A DNA stretch of 64,000 nucleotides, taken from the NCBI GenBank assembly GCA_047601185.1, contig JASGJS010000001.1, positions 897,118 through 961,117 on the forward strand. Reading direction: 5' to 3'. This DNA comes from Gammaproteobacteria bacterium (GTDB taxonomy: Bacteria > Pseudomonadota > Gammaproteobacteria > JAURND01). The notes beneath the pieces were generated by a model. It was not told the origin of the DNA. It did not search any database and was given only the letters and a program-made list of their open reading frames with translations. Both the position numbers and the translations under genes were made by a program. This document shows positions 22,079 through 34,208 of the stretch, one piece after another. Each line of letters begins with the position of its first letter. The first letter of the stretch is position 1.

Positions 22079-22560
22079 GTGGTCGGCACGGCTATGGTTG
22101 CAATCATCTGATCTAACAGATTCTTATGAACAGCGGGATCAATGTCATGCTGCACAATTTTTTCTGCCATATCAATTGCCAAAGTGGAAACTTGTTGTTG
22201 TAACTGCTCTCTGGCTTGTATGGTTTGTTGTTGAATCTCCGTTTTAGCTTGAGCAATTAATTTTTCGCCCTCTGTGACAGCGGCCACTTTAGCTTCTTCA
22301 ACGATATGTAAAGCGCGACTTTGTGCTTGTTCCACGATGTTGGCAGCCAACGTTTTGGCTTCGTGGATGATCTCCGTTGATTTGGTCTGGGCATGCGCGA
22401 GGCTGGCTTGCCCTTTTTCGGCGGCAGCTAAGCCATCCGCAATTTGTTTTTCGCGTTTTTCCAAAGCTTTAGTAATCGGAGGCCAAACATATCGCATCGT
22501 AAAAATGACGAATACCGCGAAGGTAATCATCTGGCCTATGAGTGTGGCATTGATATCCAT
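22075..22560 (-). CDS. atpF: ATP synthase Fo b subunit
   Basis: N-terminal TM helix followed by a long charged helix. Operon position supports the call. Confidence 0.85.
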
Positions 22561-22561
22561 G

Positions 22562-22891
<330 letters not shown>

Positions 22892-22929
22892 CTAGATATA
22901 TAGTTTCGACTCTTAGAGTCAAATCTAAA

Positions 22930-24122
<1,193 letters not shown>

Positions 24123-24158
24123 CCCTAAGCCGTATTTCTTGTCTCAAAATTGCAGGGC

Positions 24159-24187
24159 AGTATAATCATATTTTATGGGCGTCGCAA
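24159..24187 (-). promoter_or_regulatory. candidate sigma70 promoter of the atp operon (-35 TTGCGA, 17-bp spacer, -10 TATACT)
   Basis: The minus-strand reading gives 'TTGCGACGCCCATAAAATATGATTATACT', about 35 nt upstream of the atpI ATG. Confidence 0.35.
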
Positions 24188-24203
24188 GGGGAAAATGTTA
24201 TTT

Positions 24204-24363
24204 AGCGGGCAAGCTGCCCGCGCTCCCAAGTTTTGCGCCGCTATCACAAAAAGCCAAAACGGTTTTTTTTGCTTCTCTAAACTTTCCCTAAAGCTTAAAA
24301 ATTAAAGAATAGCACTAACCTGAATGAGGCTCAGAGCCTGGGAGCGCGGGCTGCTAGCCCGCT
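24204..24363. repeat. Family F1 MITE-like element (reverse orientation)
   Basis: TIRs at 24204-24229 and 24338-24363. It lies upstream of the atp operon, and the pssA stop codon is 6 bp beyond its right end. Confidence 0.85.
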
Positions 24364-24368
24364 TAATA

Positions 24369-25115
24369 TTAATCCTTACGAGATAAAGCTTTGCGTTTAT
24401 GTCGACGCCAGAGCCAAAATACTGGTCCCACCCCGATATACAACACAGAAAGCCCCAGCCAGACTAATGGCGGATCCACCGAAATTAACACAATAAATAG
24501 TAGAATGAGTAAAATCACCACAAAGGGCACGCGGTTTTTAAAGTCAAAATCCTTAAAGCTGTAAAATCGCAATTTGCTGACCATCAGCACGCTGATCAAA
24601 ATGCTAAATAGCGCGATGACAATATTAAAGCCGCGGCCTTCCAATCCAAATTCTTGGAAGCTCCAGACTAAGCTTACCAAGACAGAAGCCCCCGCAGGGC
24701 AGGGTAATCCTTGAAAAAAGCGTTTATCCGACACATTGGGACGGGTATTAAATCGCGCCAACCGCAAAGCGACGGTGGCCGTAAAGATAAAGGCAATCAG
24801 CCAGCCCGCTTTGCCTAAGGTGTTTAGGCCAAATAGGTAAGCAATCAGAGCAGGCGCTAAGCCAAAGCACACCATGTCGGACAAACTGTCCAATTCAGCG
24901 CCAAATAACGTTTGGGTATGGGTTAGGCGCGCAACACGGCCGTCTAAGGTATCCATCACCATCGCAACAAAAATCGCAATGGCGGCATTGTCAAACGCAC
25001 CTTTCATTGCTGCGATAATGGCGTAAAAGCCAAAAAATAAGGCAGTGATGGTAAATAAATTGGGTAATAGGTAAATCCCTCGTCCTCGGGGTGTTTCTTC
25101 ATTTTCTGGTAGCAT
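24369..25115 (-). CDS. pssA: CDP-diacylglycerol--serine O-phosphatidyltransferase (CDP-alcohol phosphatidyltransferase family)
   Basis: 'DTLDGRVAR..G..LDSLSD' is the CDP-OH phosphatidyltransferase motif. The protein is polytopic. Confidence 0.85.
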   Translation of the reverse strand: MLPENEETPRGRGIYLLPNLFTITALFFGFYAIIAAMKGAFDNAAIAIFVAMVMDTLDGRVARLTHTQTLFGAELDSLSDMVCFGLAPALIAYLFGLNTLGKAGWLIAFIFTATVALRLARFNTRPNVSDKRFFQGLPCPAGASVLVSLVWSFQEFGLEGRGFNIVIALFSILISVLMVSKLRFYSFKDFDFKNRVPFVVILLILLFIVLISVDPPLVWLGLSVLYIGVGPVFWLWRRHKRKALSRKD

Positions 25116-25132
25116 CTTTTTTCTCCAAGTTC

Positions 25133-25299
25133 ATATTTAGCACCCAGGTAAGGCAGCAATAGAAGGGGAGAGGGACTTAAAGACTCTCTTTTTCATGGAT
25201 GAAAAAGAGAAGCCTACAGGGACGTATTTACGGCGTGACTTTAAGTCCCTCTCCCCTTCTATTGCTGCCGAGTAGTGGCATTAATCAAAGTGCTAAATC
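25133..25299. repeat. Family F3 hairpin element, copy C (inverted relative to copy A), 17 bp upstream of the pssA start codon
   Basis: Perfect stem 'GGCAGCAATAGAAGGGGAGAGGGACTTAAAGAC' / 'GTCTTTAAGTCCCTCTCCCCTTCTATTGCTGCC' (first two stem-R bases fall within the core flank 'GACTTTAAG'). The core is the reverse complement of the copy-A core. The flank 'TATTTAGCACCCAGGTAAGG' is homologous to the copy-A right flank. Confidence 0.75.
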
Positions 25300-25353
25300 T
25301 TTAAAAATTCATTATAATATAGCAGTTGCTGGATACAACTCAAAGCAGAGGCT

Positions 25354-26499
25354 ATGGAAGCAATGACGCATCATGTTGAGGAAAGGGTCTTTTTAAAAGG
25401 TGATGATTACTTTTCCCAATTATTGGTGGATATTGCTAGCGCTCAACACACCATTTTTTTTGAAGCCTACATCTTTGAGGCCGATGCCTTGGGTGAAAAA
25501 ATTGCCGATGCATTAAGCCAGGCCGCGCGACGAGGTGTTAAAGTTCAAGTGCTGGTTGATGGTGTTGGCAGTCCCCACTGGGGCAATGCTTTGACCCAAC
25601 AGTTAGAGAGCCACGGCGTAGAAACGCGGGTTTTTCATCCTTTCCCTTGGCAATTGGCACATTGGCAGCGCATGCAGATGAAAGTCTCTTTTTTATTCAG
25701 GATGGGCTATCTATTCGCCCAAATCAATAGCCGCAATCATCGCAAAACCTGTCTCATTGACGAACAGATTGTGTATGTCGGCAGCGCCAACATCCATCAT
25801 CACCATTTGTCACTTGCTCAAGGTGGGGCCGGGTGGCGAGACACCGTCGTCAGATTGGTGGGCGTCCCGGTGGATGACCTAATATTTGCCCAGATGACGG
25901 CTTGGAATCATGTCTCCATTCCTGAACATCTTTATAAATTGTTTGGACGTCCTAATGTCAATGCGGTGATCCGACTGAACTATAGCCGTCACCGTCGCCG
26001 TATCTTCTACAAAAATTTATTGCGTCGTTTAGCCAAATGTCGGCATCGGGTCTGGATTACCAATGCCTATTTCGTGCCTGACAACCGGTTATTAAAAAAT
26101 TTACGCGATTTGGCACAAACTGGAGTCGATGTGCGTATTATCTTACCGCATAAATCAGATATCTTGATGATGCCTTGGGCCTCCGCCATCTTCTATCAAA
26201 GCCTTTTGAAAGCGGGGGTGAGAATCTTTGAATATACCCCGGCGATGCTACATGCCAAATCCTTGATCATCGACCATTGGTTTCTGGTGGGTTCGAGTAA
26301 TCTCAATCACCGTAGTTTGCTGCATGATCTAGAAGTTGATGCGAGCCTAAAATCCAGGCAAGCCAAGCAGATGTTGATGGAGCAATTTTTACACGATATG
26401 AAAAATTCGGTAGAAATCACCCTGGAAAGTTGGAATCGACGCCCTTGGTATCAAAAATGGCTGGGGCATGTGCTGTTGTATTTAAAATATTGGATTTGA
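25354..26499 (+). CDS. phospholipase D-family protein with two HKD motifs (cardiolipin synthase / PssA-type-I-like)
   Basis: 'HRKTCLIDEQIVYVGSANI' and 'HAKSLIIDHWFLVGSSNLNHRS' are both HxKxxxxD. Confidence 0.8.
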   Translation: MEAMTHHVEERVFLKGDDYFSQLLVDIASAQHTIFFEAYIFEADALGEKIADALSQAARRGVKVQVLVDGVGSPHWGNALTQQLESHGVETRVFHPFPWQLAHWQRMQMKVSFLFRMGYLFAQINSRNHRKTCLIDEQIVYVGSANIHHHHLSLAQGGAGWRDTVVRLVGVPVDDLIFAQMTAWNHVSIPEHLYKLFGRPNVNAVIRLNYSRHRRRIFYKNLLRRLAKCRHRVWITNAYFVPDNRLLKNLRDLAQTGVDVRIILPHKSDILMMPWASAIFYQSLLKAGVRIFEYTPAMLHAKSLIIDHWFLVGSSNLNHRSLLHDLEVDASLKSRQAKQMLMEQFLHDMKNSVEITLESWNRRPWYQKWLGHVLLYLKYWI

Positions 26500-26512
26500 T
26501 GCTAGTCTTGTT

Positions 26513-26581
26513 ACCCCTCATCCGCCCTATTCGGGCACCTTCTCCCACAAGGGGAGAAGGAAACAGCTTGCCACGCAAATC
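26513..26581. repeat. Family F2 single unit (subfamily with an 'AAACAGCTTGCCAC' tail)
   Basis: 'ACCCCTCATCCGCCCTATTCGGGCACCTTCTCCCACAAGGGGAGAAGGAAACAGCTTGCCAC', 14 bp after the PLD gene stop. Confidence 0.8.
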
Positions 26582-26687
26582 TACTCAGAACCTAAATGCA
26601 AAAAGCCCTTCATAGTGAGAATTTGCAATTTAGCTGGATCTATACTAGGCTTTCTACACAACTTAAAAACCTTCAAGGAGGAAGATC

Positions 26688-26936
26688 ATGAAGTTCAATT
26701 CTCGTGTTAAATCATTTGTGACCGTTACTGTGGTCGCTGCAGCTTTGAGTTTAACGGCTTGCACAACCAACCCTAATACTGGCCGAACCACTTTAAGCAA
26801 TACCGGTAAAGGTGCCATTATTGGTGGTGTGGGTGGCGCTGCAGTGGGTGCGGCTGTTGGTGGTGGTACAGGTGCTGCAATTGGTGCAGGCGCTGGTGCT
26901 GCAACCGGTGCGGTAGTGGGTAGCCAAGTGAGATAG
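26688..26936 (+). CDS. glycine-zipper lipoprotein (OsmB / 17-kDa-antigen-like)
   Basis: Lipobox 'LSLTAC', then 'GAIIGGVGGAAVGAAVGGGTGAAIGAGAGAATGAVVG'. A strong RBS 'AAGGAGG' lies 7 nt upstream. Confidence 0.6.
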   Translation: MKFNSRVKSFVTVTVVAAALSLTACTTNPNTGRTTLSNTGKGAIIGGVGGAAVGAAVGGGTGAAIGAGAGAATGAVVGSQVR

Positions 26937-26944
26937 TCAAAGCA

Positions 26945-27017
26945 CATCAGAAACAACTTGGCACTATCTTGTTGTTCTAGCATGTTTCTACTCGAGTCCC
27001 GCGATTGATTCGCGGGA
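26945..27017. terminator. two hairpins between the convergent lipoprotein gene and rpmE (possible bidirectional terminator)
   Basis: 'CCCGCGA-TTGAT-TCGCGGG' (26998-27016) and 'AACAAC..GTTGTT'. There is no clean U-tract, so this is weak. Confidence 0.25.
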
Positions 27018-27031
27018 TCTCATGCGGCGAA

Positions 27032-27277
27032 TTAAGCCGTATCTTTTTTATCTTTATCGGATGGCGTAGCTGCTGGACGAGCATATTTCTCGCGGAAACG
27101 GCTCACGCGTCCCACATTTTCTAAAGATTTCTTTTTGCCTGTGTAAAAATCATGGCAGTTTGAGCAAATTTCCACGTTTAAAGTGGGCTTATTTAGGGTT
27201 GAGCGCGTGACAAACGTATGACCACAGCTACAAACGACGGTTATTTCTTGATAGGCAGGATGGATATCGGCTTTCAT
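27032..27277 (-). CDS. rpmE: 50S ribosomal protein L31
   Basis: 'MKADIHP.Y..I.V.CSCG..F...ST........E.CS.CHPFYTGK' is the L31 Zn-ribbon. Confidence 0.9.
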   Translation of the reverse strand: MKADIHPAYQEITVVCSCGHTFVTRSTLNKPTLNVEICSNCHDFYTGKKKSLENVGRVSRFREKYARPAATPSDKDKKDTA

Positions 27278-27311
27278 GGCAATGGACCTGTGTTAAAAAG
27301 GGCTTATTAAA

Positions 27312-28523
27312 TCATGCGGGGGCAATATTAGCAACCACCAAAGATTCAATCTCGACTTCTGGATTCACCTCAGCTTCATAGTCCACCCCCGCGACATTAA
27401 AGCCAAATAACCGATAAAAATCTTCTCGATAACCAGCAATGTCGGTGAGTTGTTCTAAATTATCGGTAGTGACTTGTGGCCACAATGCTTTAACCTGTTC
27501 TTGGACTTCTGTGCGCATTTCTAAATCGTCGAGACGGATGCGACCGGCTTCATCCAAAGCCAATGGATGGTCGGCATAGAGTTGTTCTTTAAACAAACGC
27601 ACCATTTGCTCAATACAGCCTTCATGGGTGCCTTGAGCTCTCATCACTTTATACAGTAAGGAAATGTATAAGGGCACGACTGGAATGGCGGCACTGGCTT
27701 GTGTCACCAACGCTTTATTGACTGAGATTAAGGCCCGCCCCTGGTAGGGTTTTAAAGTATCTTGCAAGTGTTGGGCGGTGAGCTGTAAATGGTCTTTAGC
27801 TCGACCAATGGTGCCATTTTTGTAGACGGCATGGGTCAACTCAGGGCCGATATAAGAGTAAGCGACGGTGGTGATGCCCGGGGCTAACAGATTCTCTTGT
27901 GCCAAATAATCTAGCCATAATTGCCAATCTTCACCGCCCATGACGGCAACAGTGTCGGTGATTTCTTGTTCGGAAGCGGGCTCAATGGTGATGTCTTTCA
28001 CTTCGCCACGGAAAGGATCCACCGTTTTGCTGGTAAAAGTTTGGCCAATCGGTTTCAGGGTAGAGGAATGGACTTGGCCGGTTTGGGGATGAACCCTTCT
28101 GGGAGAAGCTAAACTATAGACAATAAGATCGACTTGCTTTAAATCTTCTCGAATCAGCGCTGCGACTTGTTGTTTGATCTCCGTTGAAAAGGCATCGCCA
28201 TTGACGGTTTTGGCGTAATAGCCCTTGGCTTGCGCCATTTGTTCAAACGCTGCAGTGTTGTACCAACCGGCAGAAGCCGTGCGTTTATCATCGGCCGCTT
28301 TCTCATACATCACGCCTAGGGTTTTAGCGCCGGCTCCAAAAGTGGCGGCAATACGGCTGGCCAACCCATAACCTGTGGAAGCGCCAATCACTAATACATT
28401 CTTTGGCCCTTTAAAGGGACCTTGGGATTGCACATATTGGATTTGCTCTGCGACTTGGTTAAAACAGCCAGTAGGATGGGCTGTGGTGCAAATAAAGCCC
28501 CGAACTTTAGGTTGTATAATCAT
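27312..28523 (-). CDS. fabV: trans-2-enoyl-ACP reductase (NADH), FabV type
   Basis: '[20 protein letters not shown]' and '[12 protein letters not shown]' are the FabV N-terminus. The start is set at that Met. The ORF extends to 28577. Confidence 0.9.
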   Translation of the reverse strand: MIIQPKVRGFICTTAHPTGCFNQVAEQIQYVQSQGPFKGPKNVLVIGASTGYGLASRIAATFGAGAKTLGVMYEKAADDKRTASAGWYNTAAFEQMAQAKGYYAKTVNGDAFSTEIKQQVAALIREDLKQVDLIVYSLASPRRVHPQTGQVHSSTLKPIGQTFTSKTVDPFRGEVKDITIEPASEQEITDTVAVMGGEDWQLWLDYLAQENLLAPGITTVAYSYIGPELTHAVYKNGTIGRAKDHLQLTAQHLQDTLKPYQGRALISVNKALVTQASAAIPVVPLYISLLYKVMRAQGTHEGCIEQMVRLFKEQLYADHPLALDEAGRIRLDDLEMRTEVQEQVKALWPQVTTDNLEQLTDIAGYREDFYRLFGFNVAGVDYEAEVNPEVEIESLVVANIAPA

Positions 28524-30384
28524 AATTTTCCTGAAGAATGAATCGTTGAGTAATGGCTGTTTGGATGCCATCAGCATCTAGGCCACAGTGTTTTAATAAA
28601 GTTTGAGAATCCCCATGCGGGATAAAGCGATCAGGTAACCCCAGATTCAAGACGGCGACAGGGCTTTTAATGGCTGCCAATACTTCATTGACCCCGCTGC
28701 CCGCACCCCCTAACACCGCATTTTCTTCTAGCGTCACTATCAATTGATGGGTTTGGGATAAGGTCTGAATCAAAGCGCGATCTAAAGGTTTCACAAAACG
28801 CATATTGACGACGGTGGCATTTAAACGCTCGCCAACGGTCAAGGCCGTCTCTAACAAGGTTCCGAACACGAGAATAGCGATATCTCGACCTTTACGCCGC
28901 ACTTGCGCCTGACCCAAAGGAATGGCTTCTAACGTGGGGAGAAGAGTTACGCCTGAGCCTTGGCCCCTGGGATAACGGACAGCTGCCGGCCCTGGGTGAC
29001 AATACGCCGTATACAGCATTTGTCGACATTCGTTTTCATCTGCAGGCGCCATTAACACCAAATTGGGGATACAGCGCAGATAGCTTAAATCAAATTGGCC
29101 ATTGTGCGTGGCGCCATCGCCGCCGACTAAACCGCCGCGATCAATGGCGAGGGTGACAGGCAAATTTTGTAAGGCAATATCATGGATCAATTGATCGTAA
29201 GCGCGTTGCAAAAAGGTGGAATAAATCGCGACAACGGGTTTGAGGCCTTCACAAGCCATTCCGGCGGCTAACGTTAAGCTATGCTGTTCGGCAATGCCGA
29301 CGTCGATATATTGACTGGGAAATTGTTGGGCGAAGGACACCATGCCAGAACCTTCACACATGGCAGGCGTAATCGCCACCAGTTTAGAATCTTGTTTGGC
29401 CATGTCACAGAGCCATTGTCCAAAGACTTCAGAAAAAGTGAGGGTGGAAGGAGCAGCAGGGATTTGAGGTTTACTATGGAAGCCAGTTTTAACGGCGTGA
29501 TATTCAATAGGTTGGGCTTCTGCTTGCGGGTAACCCTTGCCTTTTTGAGTAATAATATGCAGCAGTTGCGGGCCTTGCTGGCTATGAAGATTACGTAATA
29601 CCGATAGCAAAGTGGGCAAATCATGGCCATCCAGGGGTCCAAAATAATGGAAGCCCAATTCTTCGAATAAGGTGCCTGGGGTAATAATCCCTTTGAAATG
29701 GGTTTCTGTCCGTTTAGCCAGGGTCATTAAAGAAGGCAAGCGCGAAAAAACTTTTTTGCTGCCCTCGCGCAATTGGCTATAGGCTTTTCCGGATAATATA
29801 CGGGCTAAATAATTGGTTAATGCTCCGACATTTTGAGAAATGGACATTTCATTGTCGTTGAGGATCACCAATAGATTGGCATCGACACTGCCGGCATGAT
29901 TAAGAGCTTCAAAAGCCATTCCGCCGGTCAACCCCCCATCGCCAATGATCGCCACAGCTTTGCGATTTATCCCCAATTGTTTAGCAGCTAACGCCATGCC
30001 CAATGCCGCGCTAATGGAGGTGGAAGAATGTCCCACACCGAAGCAATCATAAGAACTTTCTTCACGAGAAGGGAAAGGCGCCAAACCCCCCGTTTGTCGA
30101 ATAGAAATGAGTTGGTCGCGCCGTTGGGTGAGGATTTTATGGGGATAGGCTTGGTGGCCCACATCCCATACTAATCGATCGTGCGGGGTGTTAAAGATGT
30201 AGTGCAGCGCTAAAGTGATTTCGACCGCCCCCATGCTGGCCCCAAAGTGCCCGCCACATTGATCCAAAGTCTGCACCAAAAACAAGCGCATTTCTTCTGC
30301 TACCCGCTTTAATTGGGTTTCGGGTAGTTGCCGCAAGTCTTGGGGAGAATTGATCTGACTGAGCAATGGGAAATCTGCTGACAT
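28507..30384 (-). CDS. dxs: 1-deoxy-D-xylulose-5-phosphate synthase
   Basis: '[12 protein letters not shown]' and '[15 protein letters not shown]' are the TPP-binding region. 625 aa. Confidence 0.95.
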   Translation of the reverse strand: MSADFPLLSQINSPQDLRQLPETQLKRVAEEMRLFLVQTLDQCGGHFGASMGAVEITLALHYIFNTPHDRLVWDVGHQAYPHKILTQRRDQLISIRQTGGLAPFPSREESSYDCFGVGHSSTSISAALGMALAAKQLGINRKAVAIIGDGGLTGGMAFEALNHAGSVDANLLVILNDNEMSISQNVGALTNYLARILSGKAYSQLREGSKKVFSRLPSLMTLAKRTETHFKGIITPGTLFEELGFHYFGPLDGHDLPTLLSVLRNLHSQQGPQLLHIITQKGKGYPQAEAQPIEYHAVKTGFHSKPQIPAAPSTLTFSEVFGQWLCDMAKQDSKLVAITPAMCEGSGMVSFAQQFPSQYIDVGIAEQHSLTLAAGMACEGLKPVVAIYSTFLQRAYDQLIHDIALQNLPVTLAIDRGGLVGGDGATHNGQFDLSYLRCIPNLVLMAPADENECRQMLYTAYCHPGPAAVRYPRGQGSGVTLLPTLEAIPLGQAQVRRKGRDIAILVFGTLLETALTVGERLNATVVNMRFVKPLDRALIQTLSQTHQLIVTLEENAVLGGAGSGVNEVLAAIKSPVAVLNLGLPDRFIPHGDSQTLLKHCGLDADGIQTAITQRFILQENYDYTT

Positions 30385-30465
30385 GGTAAAAATAAAAGTG
30401 GGCTATGGAGGGTTAATCTAACATAAAGCCATCTCTTTCACAAATGTGAAAATGGGTGAATTTTT

Positions 30466-30631
30466 AGCGGGCAAGCTGCCCGCGCTCCCAAATCCGTGCC
30501 CTTTATTCCCAAGTGCCAAGTGATGATTGGGTGCTTTCTTAGACTTTCATGAGAAAAAGCGCTCTCATGTTGGATGATGGCTTATCGCTTTTGAAGAGCT
30601 CGAGCCCGGGAGCGCGGGCTGCTAGCCCGCT
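30466..30631. repeat. Family F1 MITE-like element (reverse orientation) upstream of dxs
   Basis: TIRs at 30466-30490 and 30606-30631. Confidence 0.85.
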
Positions 30632-30821
30632 TCATAATTCATATTTCATAAATCAGCCATTGCCTACATTTTTCCCGCTTGGATTATGGTTAAATGCTTA
30701 CATCCTTGGTTATGAGAGTTTCCTGCGAGATGCTTTTTCCCCACGGATGGGGAGCCAAGGATAGTAAGGGTGCGAGCCCTTACTACGGAAGCGACAACGT
30801 ATTTTATCTTGGGCTATTGTT

Positions 30822-30971
30822 ATGATAATGAATGAACTACCACAGTCAATCCAGCAACAAATCCTCTTTTATCTAGAAGCCAATAATTTCCGCGCAGCTA
30901 AAGAACTGCGAGATGGATTTGTTTCCAGCCAGGAATCTGATTCGTTATTCGACAGTGAAGAAGAGGAATAA
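30822..30971 (+). CDS. possible small acidic protein (49 aa)
   Basis: ORF 'MIMNELPQSIQQQILFYLEANNFRAAKELRDGFVSSQESDSLFDSEEEE'. No clear RBS. The stop codon abuts the F2 element. Confidence 0.2.
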   Translation: MIMNELPQSIQQQILFYLEANNFRAAKELRDGFVSSQESDSLFDSEEEE

Positions 30972-31256
30972 CCCCTCATCCGCCCTATCGGGCACCTTCT
31001 CCCACAAGGGGAGAAGGAAACAGCTTCCACTCAAATCTTGATAGAACCTAGATATCAACAGCCCCTTAGATTTCTCTTCAAAAGTAAACATTCAGCTTGA
31101 GTAGGTACAACTTAGGCCCTCTAAGGGTCTAAGTTGTGTATAAGCTTATAAACGGGCTAGAAGATATTCAAGCACAAAGATTGAAATCACACAACAGTTT
31201 GAGGTGGGGCCTTCTCCCCTCGTGGGAGAAGGTGGCCGATAGGCCGGATGAGGGGG
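30971..31256. repeat. Family F2 composite: units 30971-31037 and 31197-31256 as terminal inverted repeats around about 160 bp of internal sequence that contains its own hairpin
   Basis: The two units are inverted. The internal 'GTACAACTTAGGCCC..GGGTCTAAGTTGTGTA' is an imperfect palindrome. The architecture is MITE/BIME-like. Confidence 0.75.
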
Positions 31257-31265
31257 ATAAACAAG

Positions 31266-31961
31266 CTACTGACTTTCAATCGACTCCCGCACTTTAAAAC
31301 TCATGATCGGCCAATTCTTTTGCTGCCCAATTTGTTGCAGTTGATGATCAGGATCCACCAAAATCGCTTGATCCACTTCACTTAACAAGGGTAAATCATT
31401 AATCGAATCGCTATAGAGAATGGTATGTTTGGGGGTGTAGCCTTTTTGTTGTAACCAGTGCTGAAACCGCTTGAGCTTCCCTTCGCCAATGCTGGGAATG
31501 CCCAGCAGCTTGCCGCTGAGATCGCCTGCAATGATTTCGGGTTCTGTCGCGATCAGATCATCCACAGCGGCATAGGTGGCAACGGGTGCCGCAATAAAAG
31601 CTAACGTTGCGGTAATCAACACCACAATTGTCTCAGGCTGTTGTTTGTAAGTGTTGATCAGTTGTAACCCAATCGGCGAAATTTTATCTTTCACCCAGTC
31701 AGTGAAAAATTCTTGTAGCCACAGCGCTCTGATGGCTAAGGGAATTTTTTTCGCAATCATTAATTCAAAACTGTAGCTGGCTAAGATGTCCAGCTGTCCA
31801 TTCACATAATCGACATGAAATTGTCGCCATTGCTGACACTCTTCAGGGGTGAGTGTGCCTTTTTGGTCTAAAAATGCATTCCACAATTCAATGGTATTGG
31901 CAGAGACCAAGGTATGATCCATATCAAAGAGAACAATATTTTTTTGGACCGGATGATTCAT
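31266..31961 (-). CDS. HAD-superfamily hydrolase (subfamily IB, phosphoserine-phosphatase-like)
   Basis: 'LFDMDHTLV' is HAD motif I and 'SDSINDLPLL' is the motif IV region. Confidence 0.7.
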   Translation of the reverse strand: MNHPVQKNIVLFDMDHTLVSANTIELWNAFLDQKGTLTPEECQQWRQFHVDYVNGQLDILASYSFELMIAKKIPLAIRALWLQEFFTDWVKDKISPIGLQLINTYKQQPETIVVLITATLAFIAAPVATYAAVDDLIATEPEIIAGDLSGKLLGIPSIGEGKLKRFQHWLQQKGYTPKHTILYSDSINDLPLLSEVDQAILVDPDHQLQQIGQQKNWPIMSFKVRESIESQ

Positions 31962-33034
31962 AAAAGACCCTCGGCGACTTGACGTGTGGCGTTTGGTAAT
32001 GCCAATGATCGCGCAGCTTCAGCCATGTTCAATAATTGTGTGCGTTGGCTCAATAAACGCGATAATTCCATGATCAGCTTTTCCTCAGTCAATTGCGCTT
32101 GTGGTATTAAGAGGGCAGCGTGCGCTTTAACCAACCATGTCGCATTTTTGGTCTGATGATCGTCTACGGCATAGGGATAGGGGATGAGGATACTGCCCAC
32201 GCCTGCCGCCGTCAGTTCCGCTAAAGTTAATGCACCCGCTCGACAGATCACCAGATCTGCCCATGCATAGGCTGCTGCCATATCATCAATGAAGTCTACC
32301 ACATTGACGTCGGTCATGCCCACTGCCATATAGCTTTGTCGCGTTTGCTCCACTTGATTTTTACCTGCGGAATGCCAAATGTCGAGACTAGGGTGTGGCA
32401 CGAGTTTAGACAGCATCGTGGGCAGTTTTTGATTAAAAATGGCTGCACCTTGACTGCCCCCTAAAATCAGCAGTCGGCAGCAGGGACGCTCTGCAAATCG
32501 GAGTGCAGGCACAGGTAATTCAGCAATAGAAGTTCTCACCGGATTACCGCTGGTGATGGGCTTGAGGCGGGCCGGAAAGGTCTCGGGAAAGGCTTGATAA
32601 ACCCGCGTGGCTAAGTGGGCTAAGCCTCTATTGGTGAAACCGGCGACGGCATTTTGTTCTTGAATGATAAATGGGATTCGCAATAACCACGCCGCTACCC
32701 CACCAGGAGCGCTGACAAATCCGCCAAATCCTCCCACACGCTCAGGGCGCACTGCGCGTAGTATTCGCCACGCTTGATAAATGGCTTTGACCATTTTACC
32801 CAGCCCCGTAATAGCGCCCCAAACACCTTTGCCGCGCAGGCCAGCCACACTGATATCATGAAAAATGATGCCATGAGGTGTCACCAGCTGATATTCCAGC
32901 CCGTTTTTATTGCCCAGCCAATGAACTTCTGCGCCTTGTTGTTGTAGATATTGCGCCACCGCTAAAGCGGGAATAATATGTCCGCCGGTGCCGCCGGCCA
33001 TCAATAAAATGCGAGAAGTTTTAGTCATAAGCAC
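31958..33034 (-). CDS. murG: UDP-GlcNAc:lipid I GlcNAc transferase
   Basis: 'ILLMAGGTGGHIIPALAVA' is the MurG N-terminal G-loop. Confidence 0.92.
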   Translation of the reverse strand: MLMTKTSRILLMAGGTGGHIIPALAVAQYLQQQGAEVHWLGNKNGLEYQLVTPHGIIFHDISVAGLRGKGVWGAITGLGKMVKAIYQAWRILRAVRPERVGGFGGFVSAPGGVAAWLLRIPFIIQEQNAVAGFTNRGLAHLATRVYQAFPETFPARLKPITSGNPVRTSIAELPVPALRFAERPCCRLLILGGSQGAAIFNQKLPTMLSKLVPHPSLDIWHSAGKNQVEQTRQSYMAVGMTDVNVVDFIDDMAAAYAWADLVICRAGALTLAELTAAGVGSILIPYPYAVDDHQTKNATWLVKAHAALLIPQAQLTEEKLIMELSRLLSQRTQLLNMAEAARSLALPNATRQVAEGLL

Positions 33035-34208
33035 GCTTCATATAAGCTGTTTTATCCACGCTGGGTAAATGGATATTTCGGAAAGGCGATTCATAAGCTA
33101 ACCGCAATAGCACACCAACCACCAAACAATTGATCCAGAGGCTGGTTCCGCCATAGCTCATTAAGGGTAATGTAAGGCCCTTCGTGGGCAGGATGCCTAA
33201 ATTAACGCCAATATTAATCATCGCCTGCAAGCCCAAGCATAAACTCAACCCACAACCTGCATAAGCGCTGAACAAATGTCCGTTGCGATAGGCGCGATAA
33301 CTTACCAAAAAAGCCCTTAAAACCAGCGTGGTGAATAATGCCACCACCATTAATTGGCCTAATAAACCTAATTCTTCGCCCAATACCGCAAATAGAAAGT
33401 CGGTATGCGCTTCAGGCAAATAAAATAATTTCTGGACGCTGTTGCCTAATCCAACGCCAAATACCCCGCCTCGTCCAAACGCAATCAACGATTGAGTGAG
33501 CTGGTAACCCGTGTCAAAAGGATTAGACCAAGGGTGTAAAAAAGTTGTCAGTCGCAATAATCGATAAGGCACTGAAATGGCCAGCACGCCTAAAGAAGCA
33601 ATCGCCATGACGACCAGCACGATAAATTGCCACAGCCGAGCGCCCGCAATAAATAACATGCCAAAACTGGTCGCCACAATCACTACAGTAGCGCCAAAAT
33701 CCGGTTCTTGCAGTAATAATAAAGCAATTGCAGCGAGCAATAATAACGGTTTTAAAAAGCCTCGAATGCGGGTTTGAACTTCCACTTGGCGGCGCACCAA
33801 ATAACTCGCCAGATAGATCACCACGCTAAATTTCACCAGCTCTGACACTTGTAGCGAAAAGGGGCCGATAATAATCCAGCGGATACTGCCATTCACTTCA
33901 TGACCAATGCCGGGAATTAATACCAGGATCAGTAGAAAAATACTGACTAATAATAAATAACCACTGATTTTTTGCCAGAGTACCAGTGGTAGACGCGCGG
34001 TGACCATCACGATCGCCACGCCCAACACTAAATACAACGCTTGGCGAATGAGATAATAAAAAGGGTAATGAAATTCTCGATCTGAAATGACGATGGAGGA
34101 AGAGGCCACCATCAGTAAGCCTAATCCTAAAATGCCGAAAGCCGCAATGAGTAACCAAGGGTCTAAATGAACCGGTCGAGGTTGACGGGGCTTGGCAGGA
34201 GTGTTCAT
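33021..34208 (-). CDS. ftsW: SEDS-family peptidoglycan polymerase FtsW
   Basis: 10-TM SEDS architecture, located between murD and murG. Confidence 0.9.
   Translation of the reverse strand: MNTPAKPRQPRPVHLDPWLLIAAFGILGLGLLMVASSSIVISDREFHYPFYYLIRQALYLVLGVAIVMVTARLPLVLWQKISGYLLLVSIFLLILVLIPGIGHEVNGSIRWIIIGPFSLQVSELVKFSVVIYLASYLVRRQVEVQTRIRGFLKPLLLLAAIALLLLQEPDFGATVVIVATSFGMLFIAGARLWQFIVLVVMAIASLGVLAISVPYRLLRLTTFLHPWSNPFDTGYQLTQSLIAFGRGGVFGVGLGNSVQKLFYLPEAHTDFLFAVLGEELGLLGQLMVVALFTTLVLRAFLVSYRAYRNGHLFSAYAGCGLSLCLGLQAMINIGVNLGILPTKGLTLPLMSYGGTSLWINCLVVGVLLRLAYESPFRNIHLPSVDKTAYMKRAYD

Noticed and set aside
26663..26983. ORF 26663..26983 (-), a Pro/Ala-rich 106-aa protein
   Set aside because: It is the antisense frame of the glycine-zipper lipoprotein gene. 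GGN/GCN codons read backwards give a Pro/Ala run. The plus-strand gene has a lipobox and a strong RBS.
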